A DNA stretch of 64,000 bases, from contig JAWARQ010000002.1 of the NCBI GenBank assembly GCA_038893355.1, forward strand, positions 128,001 through 192,000, given 5' to 3'. Both the position numbers and the translations under genes were made by a program. Of the stretch, positions 32,048-41,450 are shown piece after piece. The DNA is from Sulfolobaceae archaeon (GTDB taxonomy: Archaea > Thermoproteota > Thermoprotei_A > Sulfolobales > Sulfolobaceae). Every line of letters starts with the position of its first letter. Positions within the stretch are counted from its first letter, which is position 1. Below the pieces are notes generated by a model that saw only the letters and a list, made by a program, of their open reading frames with translations, did not search any database and was not told where the DNA came from.

Positions 32048-32950
32048 ATGATAGTAATAATAGGAGCAGGTTTAACGGGCCTGTTTATTGCGAGTAGAAA
32101 ATACCAAAATTCTATAATAATTGAGGAGCAACCTAGCGTGGGTGGATTATACTCTATAGAGGAGATCTCAGAAGTTCAAATACCCTCCTTACCACCGCTA
32201 TTATTTAATGAATGTGAATTACCAGAAGATTTTGAGACTGAGGAACTTGAATTAAAATATATTTCTAAAAAATATGAATTTATTAATAAGAAAATATGTG
32301 AAAAATGTAAAGATATACCAAATTATCTTAAAATAAAAAATAAAGTAATATTTCTAAAAAATATGAATTTATTAATAAGAAAATATGTGAAAAATGTAAA
32401 GATATTAAATGGTTATCCTGTAAAATTAGGTAAGAATTTTATAATTACAAATCATAGCCAATTAATAAAATTTGATAAATTAATAAATACTGGTTCTCTT
32501 AGAAAAATTCTAAATTTATTAAATATCCCATTAAATTTAAATTCTGTACCGGTATATGTATTTATATTACTTACATTACCACAACCACAAAATGAAGAAT
32601 GGGATGTATATATTGATGGTGACCTTTCTGTTTCATTTTCTCATATATTCAAATTTAAACTTTATGAAAAGAAATTAGAATTATATTATATTTATTCATT
32701 TTTAAAAAATATTAAGCAATCTATAGATTTAAAGAAAATTATAATAGATATTAGAAAGAAAGGTATAATAAGGAATGAAAGTGAAATATTAGCATTCAGA
32801 ACAAAATTAATTCGTGACGGATTGCTTATATTAGATAGTGAGCAAAAAATGCCAAAAATAGAAGTCAATGGGATATATAATTGTGGTAGGTTAGGAAAGT
32901 GGACTAATATTGACTTATGCGGAGTACTACAGGAGGTCCATGAATGCTGA
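32048..32950 (+). CDS. FAD-dependent oxidoreductase (protoporphyrinogen oxidase-like)
   Basis: IIGAGLTGL, EE...VGGL, C-terminal GRLGKW. Confidence 0.75.
   Translation: MIVIIGAGLTGLFIASRKYQNSIIIEEQPSVGGLYSIEEISEVQIPSLPPLLFNECELPEDFETEELELKYISKKYEFINKKICEKCKDIPNYLKIKNKVIFLKNMNLLIRKYVKNVKILNGYPVKLGKNFIITNHSQLIKFDKLINTGSLRKILNLLNIPLNLNSVPVYVFILLTLPQPQNEEWDVYIDGDLSVSFSHIFKFKLYEKKLELYYIYSFLKNIKQSIDLKKIIIDIRKKGIIRNESEILAFRTKLIRDGLLILDSEQKMPKIEVNGIYNCGRLGKWTNIDLCGVLQEVHEC
32259..32405. repeat. Perfect 58-bp direct repeat, copies 89 bp apart
   Basis: atatttctaaaaaatatgaatttattaataagaaaatatgtgaaaaatgtaaagatat at 32259-32316 and 32348-32405. Confidence 0.93.
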
Positions 32951-33707
32951 AATCCTCAACTAAATTTATAGCCATTTTTATAGAGGATAAAACATCATAC
33001 CCCATTAGTCTATATGTAAAATAGCTTCCTAAAAGAACATCACCATTCCCTATATTATGAACCCCAATCTTATTTACGTCAAAATACTTTGAATAATATC
33101 TAGTAAAGACCTCTAAGCCCCTTTCACCATAACTTCTTATAACTTCTTTAAATCCATATTTATACATCATTTCATAAATTACATTAGACGGTAATTCGTC
33201 TTCATTTCCATGAACAACTAAATTCTGATTTGCCTTTCGCATATTTTCCTTAACCTTATCATAATTATTTGTTATTAGTGAATTATCATTATTAACCTCC
33301 CTAACAAAACCTTGTATATCTACTGCAATTGGACAGTTTACTAGAAATATATTCTCTATTAGAAATTCGTTATACATAGTATTTATTAATATTCCATCAA
33401 ATTCCTTTAAATATTTTAAATCTATTAAAACTTTTTTTACTTTATTTAATAGATAAATATTTCTTTTATTATTTACTTTAACTATTCTAAATTTTACTAC
33501 ATCATTATCATCTAAAATTATTGTATTATCTACAAATGGATTATTTATCTCAATATAATTCGGAATTATTGTCACTGCATAAGCTTTACCGCCTGCTTTC
33601 CATATTCCATATGTAGAATAAAATATTCCACCTATTACTTTCTCACCACTTTCTAAATAGTCTATAGTATAACTGCCAACTACAGCAATTTTCGGAATAG
33701 GTTTCAT
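32904..33707 (-). CDS. PfkB/ribokinase-family kinase (divergent)
   Basis: VGSYTID, DIQGFVR, C-terminal IGNGDVLLG anion-hole motif. Confidence 0.75.
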   Translation of the reverse strand: MKPIPKIAVVGSYTIDYLESGEKVIGGIFYSTYGIWKAGGKAYAVTIIPNYIEINNPFVDNTIILDDNDVVKFRIVKVNNKRNIYLLNKVKKVLIDLKYLKEFDGILINTMYNEFLIENIFLVNCPIAVDIQGFVREVNNDNSLITNNYDKVKENMRKANQNLVVHGNEDELPSNVIYEMMYKYGFKEVIRSYGERGLEVFTRYYSKYFDVNKIGVHNIGNGDVLLGSYFTYRLMGYDVLSSIKMAINLVEDFSIHGPPVVLRISQY

Positions 33708-33994
33708 TCTTCTTCCTCTTCCTCTTCTTCTCTTTCTTCCTCTTCTTCCTCCTCAACTTCAACCTTCTTAACTTTAGCCCATAAGGTAGATTTATGAGCC
33801 TCTATATGCAATTTCAAATCTTCAATATTAAAAAAGTACGAACCATGACCAGGAAGAAGTCCCTTCTTACACTCTGGACTACAAATAGGGCATGCATACA
33901 GTTTAGTTACTTCATCATAACATACTTCTAACTCTTTATCTGCAGATAATTTTAGTAATACTACTTTCCATGATGGAATCCATCTAGTACTCAT
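33704..33994 (-). CDS. Small zinc-finger protein with poly-Glu tail
   Basis: YACPIC...HIEAH, then EEEEEEEREEEEEEE. Confidence 0.8.
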   Translation of the reverse strand: MSTRWIPSWKVVLLKLSADKELEVCYDEVTKLYACPICSPECKKGLLPGHGSYFFNIEDLKLHIEAHKSTLWAKVKKVEVEEEEEEEREEEEEEEE

Positions 33995-34049
33995 AATTAT
34001 AAATAGTTAGGATGAGGAAAAAATAAAAGAGTTAATTTTTAATAATTCA

Positions 34050-34102
34050 GCTGTGATGAGTTTGCCGAGTTCTGAAGAATGATGTAAAAATAGTTCTGAA
34101 GC
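34050..34102 (+). ncRNA. C/D-box methylation guide sRNA
   Basis: Box C GTGATGA (34053), guide GTTTGCCGAGTT, D' CTGA, C' ATGATGT, guide AAAAATAGTT, D CTGA (34096); short gct/agc terminal stem. Confidence 0.85.
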
Positions 34103-34104
34103 CC

Positions 34105-34668
34105 CTAGCACTCTTCATAAGCTTCTTTTATTAAAACCTCGGCTAACGATTCTGGAATCTTTGCTGTCGCGTTATAATTAGGGTGCCTAACTACTACTTC
34201 CATTTGCTTATCTTTAACACCTTTAAGGTCAAACGTCAAATATTGAACTGTAGCAAATGCATCAGGCTGTTCTCTTCCTGGTTCGGGTTCTCCAAGTATT
34301 GCAAAATTTCCTACTTTCAGTATTATAGAGTTATATACTCCTCTCAAATTCTTATAAACCCAGTCTAAATCCTTTTGATCATAAGCGTGAATGTATAACG
34401 TAGCTTTTATCTTACCGTTACATGGTAGTAACGTTGAGTATATATCTATTTCCCTCTGTATATCTTTCTCATTTTCGAGTCTATCTAAGTAAATCATTTC
34501 TTGAATCTGATGGTAGACTGTATCTTTATTCTCAAATAATAACGAAAGTCTATCTCCTAATTCTATCCTTCTATTCTTCTTTATCGAAACTATCCATCTT
34601 ATTCTTTCTTCTCTAATTTTAGAATATTCTTTCCAATTTAGGAAATCTTTTGGTGTAAATTTAACCAT
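34105..34668 (-). CDS. DUF3501 family protein
   Basis: KKNRRIELG..LSLLFEN..TV..QIQEM; third gene of the rubrerythrin operon. Confidence 0.85.
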   Translation of the reverse strand: MVKFTPKDFLNWKEYSKIREERIRWIVSIKKNRRIELGDRLSLLFENKDTVYHQIQEMIYLDRLENEKDIQREIDIYSTLLPCNGKIKATLYIHAYDQKDLDWVYKNLRGVYNSIILKVGNFAILGEPEPGREQPDAFATVQYLTFDLKGVKDKQMEVVVRHPNYNATAKIPESLAEVLIKEAYEEC

Positions 34669-35851
34669 TCTTTAACGCCTCCCTTAGGATCTGAATTGGA
34701 TGAAGAGGTCTTTTATCTGAAGCTTTATAAATCTGAAGACCTGCCAGTGGACATTCAGTAGCAAATACTTCTGCATTTGAATTTTTAAATGCCTCCATCA
34801 TCTTAGAACCTATTATTTTTGCCCTCTTATAATTCCTTAATCCCCAACCACCATCTATACCTGAACATCCCTTATCAACAATCTCCACTCTTGCGCCTAA
34901 TCTTCTCAATATTGCTACTCCAGGTAAGCCTACATTTAAGTATCTTAAGTGACAAGGAGGATGATAAGATATCAATTTCTGAATTTTTACATCTATTTTA
35001 ATTTTATTCTCTCTAATAAGCTTAAATAAGTATTCCATACTATCGTACACTTTAGGTACTTCTCTACCTAAAATATATTTGTACTCATGGCCTATAAATA
35101 ATGTACATGTAGGGATGGGTGAAACTACGTCATATCCATTCTGAATGTATTTTTCTATTATTTTTATATTATATTCTGCATTAGATTTTAATCTCTTAGC
35201 ATCACCAACATCCATCATAGGAGCACCACAACACTTAAAATTAGCAACTTCTACTTCAATACCTAACTTATTATAAACTTCAATCAAATCTTCACCTATT
35301 TCTGGATAGAAATTCTCTATCAAACAAGTATGGAAAAGAACTACCTTAGCTATTGGTGACTGTAACTTAGTAACCTTAACTCTTTCTAAAAATCCTTTCT
35401 CTGATGGCACTAAGTCGGGTGCTTCTTCATCAATACCTATTACCTTTTTAGCCTTTGGAAGAACCCTCCTTGCAAATCCTCTGAACATTCTTACATTATC
35501 TAATGATTCGAATATTACATCCCTTAAAGAGATTCCTTTCTTAGTTTTATAAACTAACCAGGCCCATTCCATTAAATGAGGAAAGTCCATAGCAAACTCA
35601 TGTGGAGGAACATAAGGACACTTAATATAGCACATTTTACAATGGAAACATTCAGACGCTACGCTGAAAAGATCCTCAAGTGACAGATTCTGCACACCTT
35701 TACTATCAGTTAATTTAAATAATTTTGGGAAAGCGTCACAGTAATTAAAACATAATCTACATCCATGACATATTGTAGCTTGCCTTAAAAATTCTTTATG
35801 TAATTTTTCAGTATTAAAAAAAGAAGGATCACTTGGATCTAAAATATACAT
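34661..35851 (-). CDS. Rubrerythrin-associated Fe-S oxidoreductase (GlpC/HdrD-like, CCG domains)
   Basis: CHGCRLCFNYC, CFHCKMCYIKCP, CCG, CSG, TECP. Confidence 0.88.
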   Translation of the reverse strand: MYILDPSDPSFFNTEKLHKEFLRQATICHGCRLCFNYCDAFPKLFKLTDSKGVQNLSLEDLFSVASECFHCKMCYIKCPYVPPHEFAMDFPHLMEWAWLVYKTKKGISLRDVIFESLDNVRMFRGFARRVLPKAKKVIGIDEEAPDLVPSEKGFLERVKVTKLQSPIAKVVLFHTCLIENFYPEIGEDLIEVYNKLGIEVEVANFKCCGAPMMDVGDAKRLKSNAEYNIKIIEKYIQNGYDVVSPIPTCTLFIGHEYKYILGREVPKVYDSMEYLFKLIRENKIKIDVKIQKLISYHPPCHLRYLNVGLPGVAILRRLGARVEIVDKGCSGIDGGWGLRNYKRAKIIGSKMMEAFKNSNAEVFATECPLAGLQIYKASDKRPLHPIQILREALKNG

Positions 35852-36292
35852 CTACTTTCCGCCTTTTAGCAACTTTAGAGCTTGCTCAAACTTTTCAGCG
35901 TGACTTTTTTCAGCCCTAGCTAATGTTTCAAACCACTCTGCTACCTCCTCAAAACCTTCCTCCCTTGCAACCTTAGCAAATCCTGGGTACATCTGCGTCC
36001 ACTCGTAAGTCTCTCCTGCAATTGCAGATTCTATCATTTCTTCTAATGTTCCTATTGGCTTATTTGTAGCAGGATCTGTTAGTCCTCCCTGCCTAATGAA
36101 ATCTAAATGGCCAAAAGCATGTGCTGTTTCTCCTTCTGCAATGCTTCTTAATAGTTGAGCTAACTCTGGGTATCCTTCTTCGTCTGCTCTTTTAGCAAAA
36201 TATAGGTACCTTCTATTAGCCATTGCTTCGCCCATAAATCCATGTTTAAGGTTTTCTGCAGTTTTTGTACCTCTCATATCTCTTTTAACCAT
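35852..36292 (-). CDS. Rubrerythrin without rubredoxin domain (sulerythrin-like)
   Basis: [24 protein letters not shown] di-iron ligands. Confidence 0.93.
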   Translation of the reverse strand: MVKRDMRGTKTAENLKHGFMGEAMANRRYLYFAKRADEEGYPELAQLLRSIAEGETAHAFGHLDFIRQGGLTDPATNKPIGTLEEMIESAIAGETYEWTQMYPGFAKVAREEGFEEVAEWFETLARAEKSHAEKFEQALKLLKGGK

Positions 36293-36459
36293 ATCTGATC
36301 TAAGTACAATATCTATTTGTTAAATATAAAATTTTCGAACTTGAAGTAAGAGTGAATATATTATACTTATCTATTTCACTTAATAGTGATTCTAATTATA
36401 ATTCCTTTAAACTTACAGTGAAAAGAATAGTTTAATAGCTCTAAGTTGAATAAGAATTT

Positions 36460-36942
36460 ATGGAAGAATGTGATGCTGCAGTAGTCTTAGTAATAAATAA
36501 CGAGGGTAGAATTTTAATAATAAAGAGAAAAGAAAGAAATAATGATCCTTGGAGTGGACATATGGCATTACCAGGCGGAAGAAGGCAAAAAGATGAGGAT
36601 TGTAAACAAACAGCTATAAGGGAGACGAAGGAGGAAGTAGGAATTTCGCCAATTATCATTAAAGAATTAGGCATTTATTCGCCTAGAAGCTTCTCTGAAT
36701 TAAAAGTAAAGGCATTTTTAGGATATTACAATGGTAATGATATTAATATTAATGAAGATGAGGTAGAAAAGGCATTTTGGATAAGTCCTGATGAATTAAT
36801 AGAAGATAAGGAAAGAATGTTATACAAAAATTATATAATCTGGGGGATGACGTATAGAATATTAAAGGATTTCTTAAAGTCAGACCGGCAACAATTATAT
36901 CATCTTTTCAGTGCCGTCGCACATTCATCATCTGAGGAATAA
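36460..36942 (+). CDS. Nudix hydrolase (CoA pyrophosphatase-like)
   Basis: [12 protein letters not shown], Nudix box [16 protein letters not shown]. Confidence 0.88.
   Translation: MEECDAAVVLVINNEGRILIIKRKERNNDPWSGHMALPGGRRQKDEDCKQTAIRETKEEVGISPIIIKELGIYSPRSFSELKVKAFLGYYNGNDININEDEVEKAFWISPDELIEDKERMLYKNYIIWGMTYRILKDFLKSDRQQLYHLFSAVAHSSSEE
36877..36934 (-). ncRNA. C/D-box methylation guide sRNA overlapping the tip49 stop
   Basis: Minus strand ATGATGA-ATGTGCGACGGCA-CTGA-AAAG-ATGATAT-AATTGTTGCCGGT-CTGA. Confidence 0.85.
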
Positions 36943-38289
36943 CGACTCGTATTCTTTAACATACTTTATACTTCTCTTTATATCAGCAAATAAGTTTTGA
37001 GCCTCTCTTATGTCTTCAGCCTTTACTACACTTCTATTCTTACGCTGTGCTATAATTTTTGCAGGTTCAATTAACTGAACTGCATACCTTAAACTATATT
37101 CAGAGCCGATTTTTGTCAATTCTTCAATTGCAGATGAGTCTAGCTCTACATCTATTTCATCTGCTCTTATTTGTATAATCTGTTTTATTTCCTCTGAAGT
37201 ATATGGCCTAGTTGGTATTATAAGCAGTCTATCTAACATATCTAATGGTATGCCATGCGGTGAATCAATATCTGTACCTCTTATTTTAGTAATTCCTCTG
37301 TTAGTTGCCAGGATAATAAGTGGAGAAAACTCTGACTCCATAGCTCTCGTGAGGAATGAAAAAGCTTCTATATCTAACATATGAGCATCATCTATAAATA
37401 GTACACCTGGAACCAATTCTGCCTGACCTTTATTTAACATATCACGCACAATCTTATCGACCTCTTTCCTAACATCTTGGCTTATTTCCCTTTCTGTAAA
37501 TAATGCAAATATACTAGTAATGGCTAATTGTTGCGCTGCAAGATTAAGGTCAAGATCATGAAGCGTCACTACTGTTGTTATCTCTTTTTCCTTCTTTACT
37601 GGACCAGTCGGAATTTCTACAATTCTTTTAGCTTCGATATCATAACTCTTAACTCCTTCAAATTCCTTAACTTTACCGAGTCTTACAATATCCCCAGTCT
37701 CTGCGTCTATCCATATTACATCACCTTTCCTTATTCCCAACTTATATAACCTCTCTGCTACGACATCACCTACCCTTAACGTCGTTTGGTCGTCTTTAGT
37801 AGCTAATGTAATTTCAGCCTCTTTAGGCATTGCCATATATGGATTTAGTTTACTCCTTACTATACGTGTCTTTATATCTTTAACTACACCTTCATATACT
37901 AGTCTTTTTTGTTTTATCCTTATTCCAATAGATTTTCTTAAAACTTGAGTTAATATTTCAGTTTTCTTCAATTCTGTCGAATATATTTCAGCAGCATTAA
38001 GTATTGTAAATGGGGTATCCTCTCCTAATTCTCTTGCTATTGCTATAGCTAAAGCAGTCTTACCAGTACCTGGAGGGCCTACAAATAATATACCTCTACC
38101 GGCCATTTTTCCTTGCTTTACTAGTTCTACAACAATTCCCGCAGCTTCTCTAGCCTCTAATTGTCCGACAAGGCCTTCTGCCTTAAATTTAGGTTTACCA
38201 TTTTCATCAAGACCTAGACCGGTAATATGACTATGTATACTAGCCTTTTTACTAATTTCAGACTTTTTTATTTCGGTAATTTCAACCAT
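36928..38289 (-). CDS. tip49: RuvB-like AAA+ ATPase TIP49
   Basis: [46 protein letters not shown]; start moved to ATG 38289. Confidence 0.95.
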   Translation of the reverse strand: MVEITEIKKSEISKKASIHSHITGLGLDENGKPKFKAEGLVGQLEAREAAGIVVELVKQGKMAGRGILFVGPPGTGKTALAIAIARELGEDTPFTILNAAEIYSTELKKTEILTQVLRKSIGIRIKQKRLVYEGVVKDIKTRIVRSKLNPYMAMPKEAEITLATKDDQTTLRVGDVVAERLYKLGIRKGDVIWIDAETGDIVRLGKVKEFEGVKSYDIEAKRIVEIPTGPVKKEKEITTVVTLHDLDLNLAAQQLAITSIFALFTEREISQDVRKEVDKIVRDMLNKGQAELVPGVLFIDDAHMLDIEAFSFLTRAMESEFSPLIILATNRGITKIRGTDIDSPHGIPLDMLDRLLIIPTRPYTSEEIKQIIQIRADEIDVELDSSAIEELTKIGSEYSLRYAVQLIEPAKIIAQRKNRSVVKAEDIREAQNLFADIKRSIKYVKEYESLFLR

Positions 38290-38368
38290 AAGAATCAAAA
38301 ATAAATTATACCAGCAAGATTTAAAGTTCACATCAACTTTTTATCATAAATTACGAAAAGACTTTTTA

Positions 38369-39955
38369 TCATAATTTATTAAAATTAAGTCTTATTAACC
38401 AATAGATTGATTTTAACACACCTATAGTTGAATTAAGATTTATATTTGAATAGGAAAATGAACTTAAACCCTTTGTTTCTTTAAGCTGTAAGAAAACCCA
38501 CTCTATATTGTCGAAAATTTTATCTATCATATATTGTACTATTTTTCTTAATATTTTATTTTTTATACCGTTAGTTAATACCGGTATTAATTTTCTTGTA
38601 ACTTTTAAATTATATCTCCAACTAATATATAGTAAATCCCAATAATTTTTAGGCAATCTTTCAAGAATTGGAAACGGATTATCTCTTATTCTCGTTGTAG
38701 ATATTGGTATAACTGGCAATGGAAATACCCAAGCTATAAATTCATGATCTATTATATCTTGAACCAAACGTATGCTGTCTTCAACATCCTTTTCAGTTTC
38801 ATCAGGGTACCCTATCGTCATTGTATAACACGGATAAATGTAACTTTCATTCATTATTGCAGTAGCGTCTATAATTACATCTCTCCACTCTGATGGCAAA
38901 TATGGAAATGATTTTGCCCTCATGTACTTAGAAAAGATTTTCTCACTCCCTGTCTCTAAACCTACTACAGGTGCTGCTGCCCTATTATAATCATACCTAG
39001 CGATTTCGGAAATTTCCTTCACAGTCCTTGGACTCATTTTAACTGGCGGTGCAGAGATATGTGGAAACCATATACCATCAACACCCATAGCCATAACTTC
39101 ACTAAATAATTTTACAAGGGCTTCATGATTTACCATCAATTTTGATGAGCCATATAACATTAAATCATCAGTAAGAAATTCTACCCTTCTCCAACCTCCT
39201 CTTAAATTAACTTCTACCTCTTTTTTAATTACGTCTAGTGGAATTGATCTAAAAGTTTCTGGAGTTATAGAACAGAATGCGCAACCTCTCGGGCATCCCC
39301 TAGTAATTTGGACTTCACCTAATCTTGCAGGATTTACTATGGGAGGAATCTCATTTATTTTAGGATCTTTACCGTAAATTACACCTTCTAAATTCTCACC
39401 ATTCATAATTCTCGAAAATACTTCCTTAATTGAATGCTCAGCCTCACCTATAAATATTATATCTACCCAATCTGGCTTATTCTTAATAAGCTCCCATGCT
39501 CCAGGGCCTCCAACAATTGTTTTAAAATTGTACCTCCTCTTAAGATCTCTTATTTCATCACCTAATTCCTCGAAAAATTTAGCAGTCCATGTTTTACCTC
39601 CACCAAATATCATACTTAATTTCATACTTACAGGATCTAGTCCTAATGGGTCATGAACAGATACTCCCAAAATTTTTGTATTATGACTAATCACACTCTT
39701 AAGCTTAGTTGGTGGTACTACTGCTACACTCTTATAACCTGCGGTAAGAAGAGTAGCTTCAATTTTTCTTAGAGGATAAGGTGCATATAAAGCCCTTCCA
39801 AGCTTATCCGTAGGCACTTCTGGTGTAAAAAATCTATTCATAAAAAATTTAGGAACGAGTCTATATGGCATACACGCTACATAACCTAATACGCTAGATC
39901 CACCATAATCAGTGAACGTTGACTTATCTGCAGTAAGTATTATTTCCCAAGACAT
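38369..39955 (-). CDS. B12-binding-domain radical SAM protein
   Basis: TRGCPRGCAFC (CxxxCxxC), IVGGPG, GLETGS. Confidence 0.88.
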   Translation of the reverse strand: MSWEIILTADKSTFTDYGGSSVLGYVACMPYRLVPKFFMNRFFTPEVPTDKLGRALYAPYPLRKIEATLLTAGYKSVAVVPPTKLKSVISHNTKILGVSVHDPLGLDPVSMKLSMIFGGGKTWTAKFFEELGDEIRDLKRRYNFKTIVGGPGAWELIKNKPDWVDIIFIGEAEHSIKEVFSRIMNGENLEGVIYGKDPKINEIPPIVNPARLGEVQITRGCPRGCAFCSITPETFRSIPLDVIKKEVEVNLRGGWRRVEFLTDDLMLYGSSKLMVNHEALVKLFSEVMAMGVDGIWFPHISAPPVKMSPRTVKEISEIARYDYNRAAAPVVGLETGSEKIFSKYMRAKSFPYLPSEWRDVIIDATAIMNESYIYPCYTMTIGYPDETEKDVEDSIRLVQDIIDHEFIAWVFPLPVIPISTTRIRDNPFPILERLPKNYWDLLYISWRYNLKVTRKLIPVLTNGIKNKILRKIVQYMIDKIFDNIEWVFLQLKETKGLSSFSYSNINLNSTIGVLKSIYWLIRLNFNKL

Positions 39956-40064
39956 CTAATAAAGAATTAGGTGAGTTACTTTTTATTTCTATCTTTTAAA
40001 AGAGACTATATTATTAGTTTTAATAGCATTATGAAATAACTTTGGTATTCAGATAAAAATTTAT

Positions 40065-40346
40065 CTATATGTTATGTTTTTTATTATTATCGTCTAATAA
40101 ATTCTCTTTTTCATTAATTTTTGCACATAGCTCTTTAGCAATTAATACATAATATTTCTTCCTTAAATCCCATAAACATATCTCTACATCGACTAAACCA
40201 TTGTCCTTCAATATTTTTAATGCATGTCTAATGGTTCTTTCTGGTAATGCAGTCTCTTCCTTCAATTCTCTAAAAGTAGCTTTCTTTTTATATTCAAGTA
40301 CCTTATAAACTAACTTTGCCGAACATGGAAGTTCTTCAAATTTCAT
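40065..40346 (-). CDS. Winged-helix transcriptional regulator (MarR/ArsR-like)
   Basis: SAKLVYKVL, LPERTIRHALKIL, D.RKKYY. Confidence 0.85.
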   Translation of the reverse strand: MKFEELPCSAKLVYKVLEYKKKATFRELKEETALPERTIRHALKILKDNGLVDVEICLWDLRKKYYVLIAKELCAKINEKENLLDDNNKKHNI

Positions 40347-40458
40347 AAGTAAATAGCATATAACTAGAAATATAAGTTCATAGAGTTTAGGATATTAAGG
40401 ATTATTCCTCATAGTAATTATAGATCGTAATAAAAATAAATTAATAACCTCAGAATAA

Positions 40459-41388
40459 GTGGATAGTATCGTGGAGAAGAAGATAATATCAACTGAATTA
40501 TTGCCAGAAGAATGTAAAGAATTATTTAAAAAATTTATAATAATAGATAAAGATATTAAAGAACAAGATCTGCAAGAAGCTATAGCCTTAATGACATGGC
40601 CAGGGTTAATAACTAAGGAATTATTAGATAAAATGAAGAATCTAAAGATAATTCAAACGTTTTCTGCTGGAGTAGATGATTTGAATTTTTCCATAATTCC
40701 AAGAAATATTATTATCTTATCTAACGCTGGTGCATATTCTATTCCAGTAGCAGAGCATGCATGGGCAATAGCATTAGCTTTAGCAAAGGGTGTAGGATTA
40801 AAAAAGAAAATAAAGGTTAAAAAGATTACTAACTCTAAAATATTAATTTTAGGTTGTGGAGGAATAGGTAGTGAAATAGCAAGAATTGGTAAACTAGCAT
40901 TCAACACTTACAATATTGGAGTCTCTAGGAGTTTTCAAAAACCCGAGCTCTTTGATGAGAAATACTCCGAGTTACAAATTTTAAATTCAATTATACCAAA
41001 AGTAGATATTATATTTAATACATTACCTCTTAATAAATATACAAAATCTATATTAAATTATGATAATCTTAAATATTGTAAAAATAATTCAATTATCGTA
41101 AATGTAGGAAGAGGAGAAACAGTAGACGAAAATGGTATCTATAGACTTTTAAAAGAGAGACCGGATATTAGATTCGGTACAGACGTGTTCTGGAGGAGAA
41201 ATGGTATAGAAGATTTTAATACAAAATTATGGGAGCTAGAAAACTTCACTGGAACACTACATACTGCAGGTGCATATGGTAGTGAGGAAGTTAGAAAGGA
41301 CGCGATTATTAGTGCATGTAAAAATTTAGCTATGTATTTAAATGAAGGAAAAATAAGAAATTTAGTAAAATTTGAAGATTATATTTAA
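40459..41388 (+). CDS. D-isomer-specific 2-hydroxyacid dehydrogenase
   Basis: SAGVD, VAEHA, GCGGIG, NVGRG, TDVFW, HTAG. Confidence 0.9.
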   Translation: MDSIVEKKIISTELLPEECKELFKKFIIIDKDIKEQDLQEAIALMTWPGLITKELLDKMKNLKIIQTFSAGVDDLNFSIIPRNIIILSNAGAYSIPVAEHAWAIALALAKGVGLKKKIKVKKITNSKILILGCGGIGSEIARIGKLAFNTYNIGVSRSFQKPELFDEKYSELQILNSIIPKVDIIFNTLPLNKYTKSILNYDNLKYCKNNSIIVNVGRGETVDENGIYRLLKERPDIRFGTDVFWRRNGIEDFNTKLWELENFTGTLHTAGAYGSEEVRKDAIISACKNLAMYLNEGKIRNLVKFEDYI

Positions 41389-41450
41389 TTTTAAGAAAAT
41401 ACTGTAATTAGTAGAAAAGTATTAAATAATCTTCTAATAAAAATATAGTT

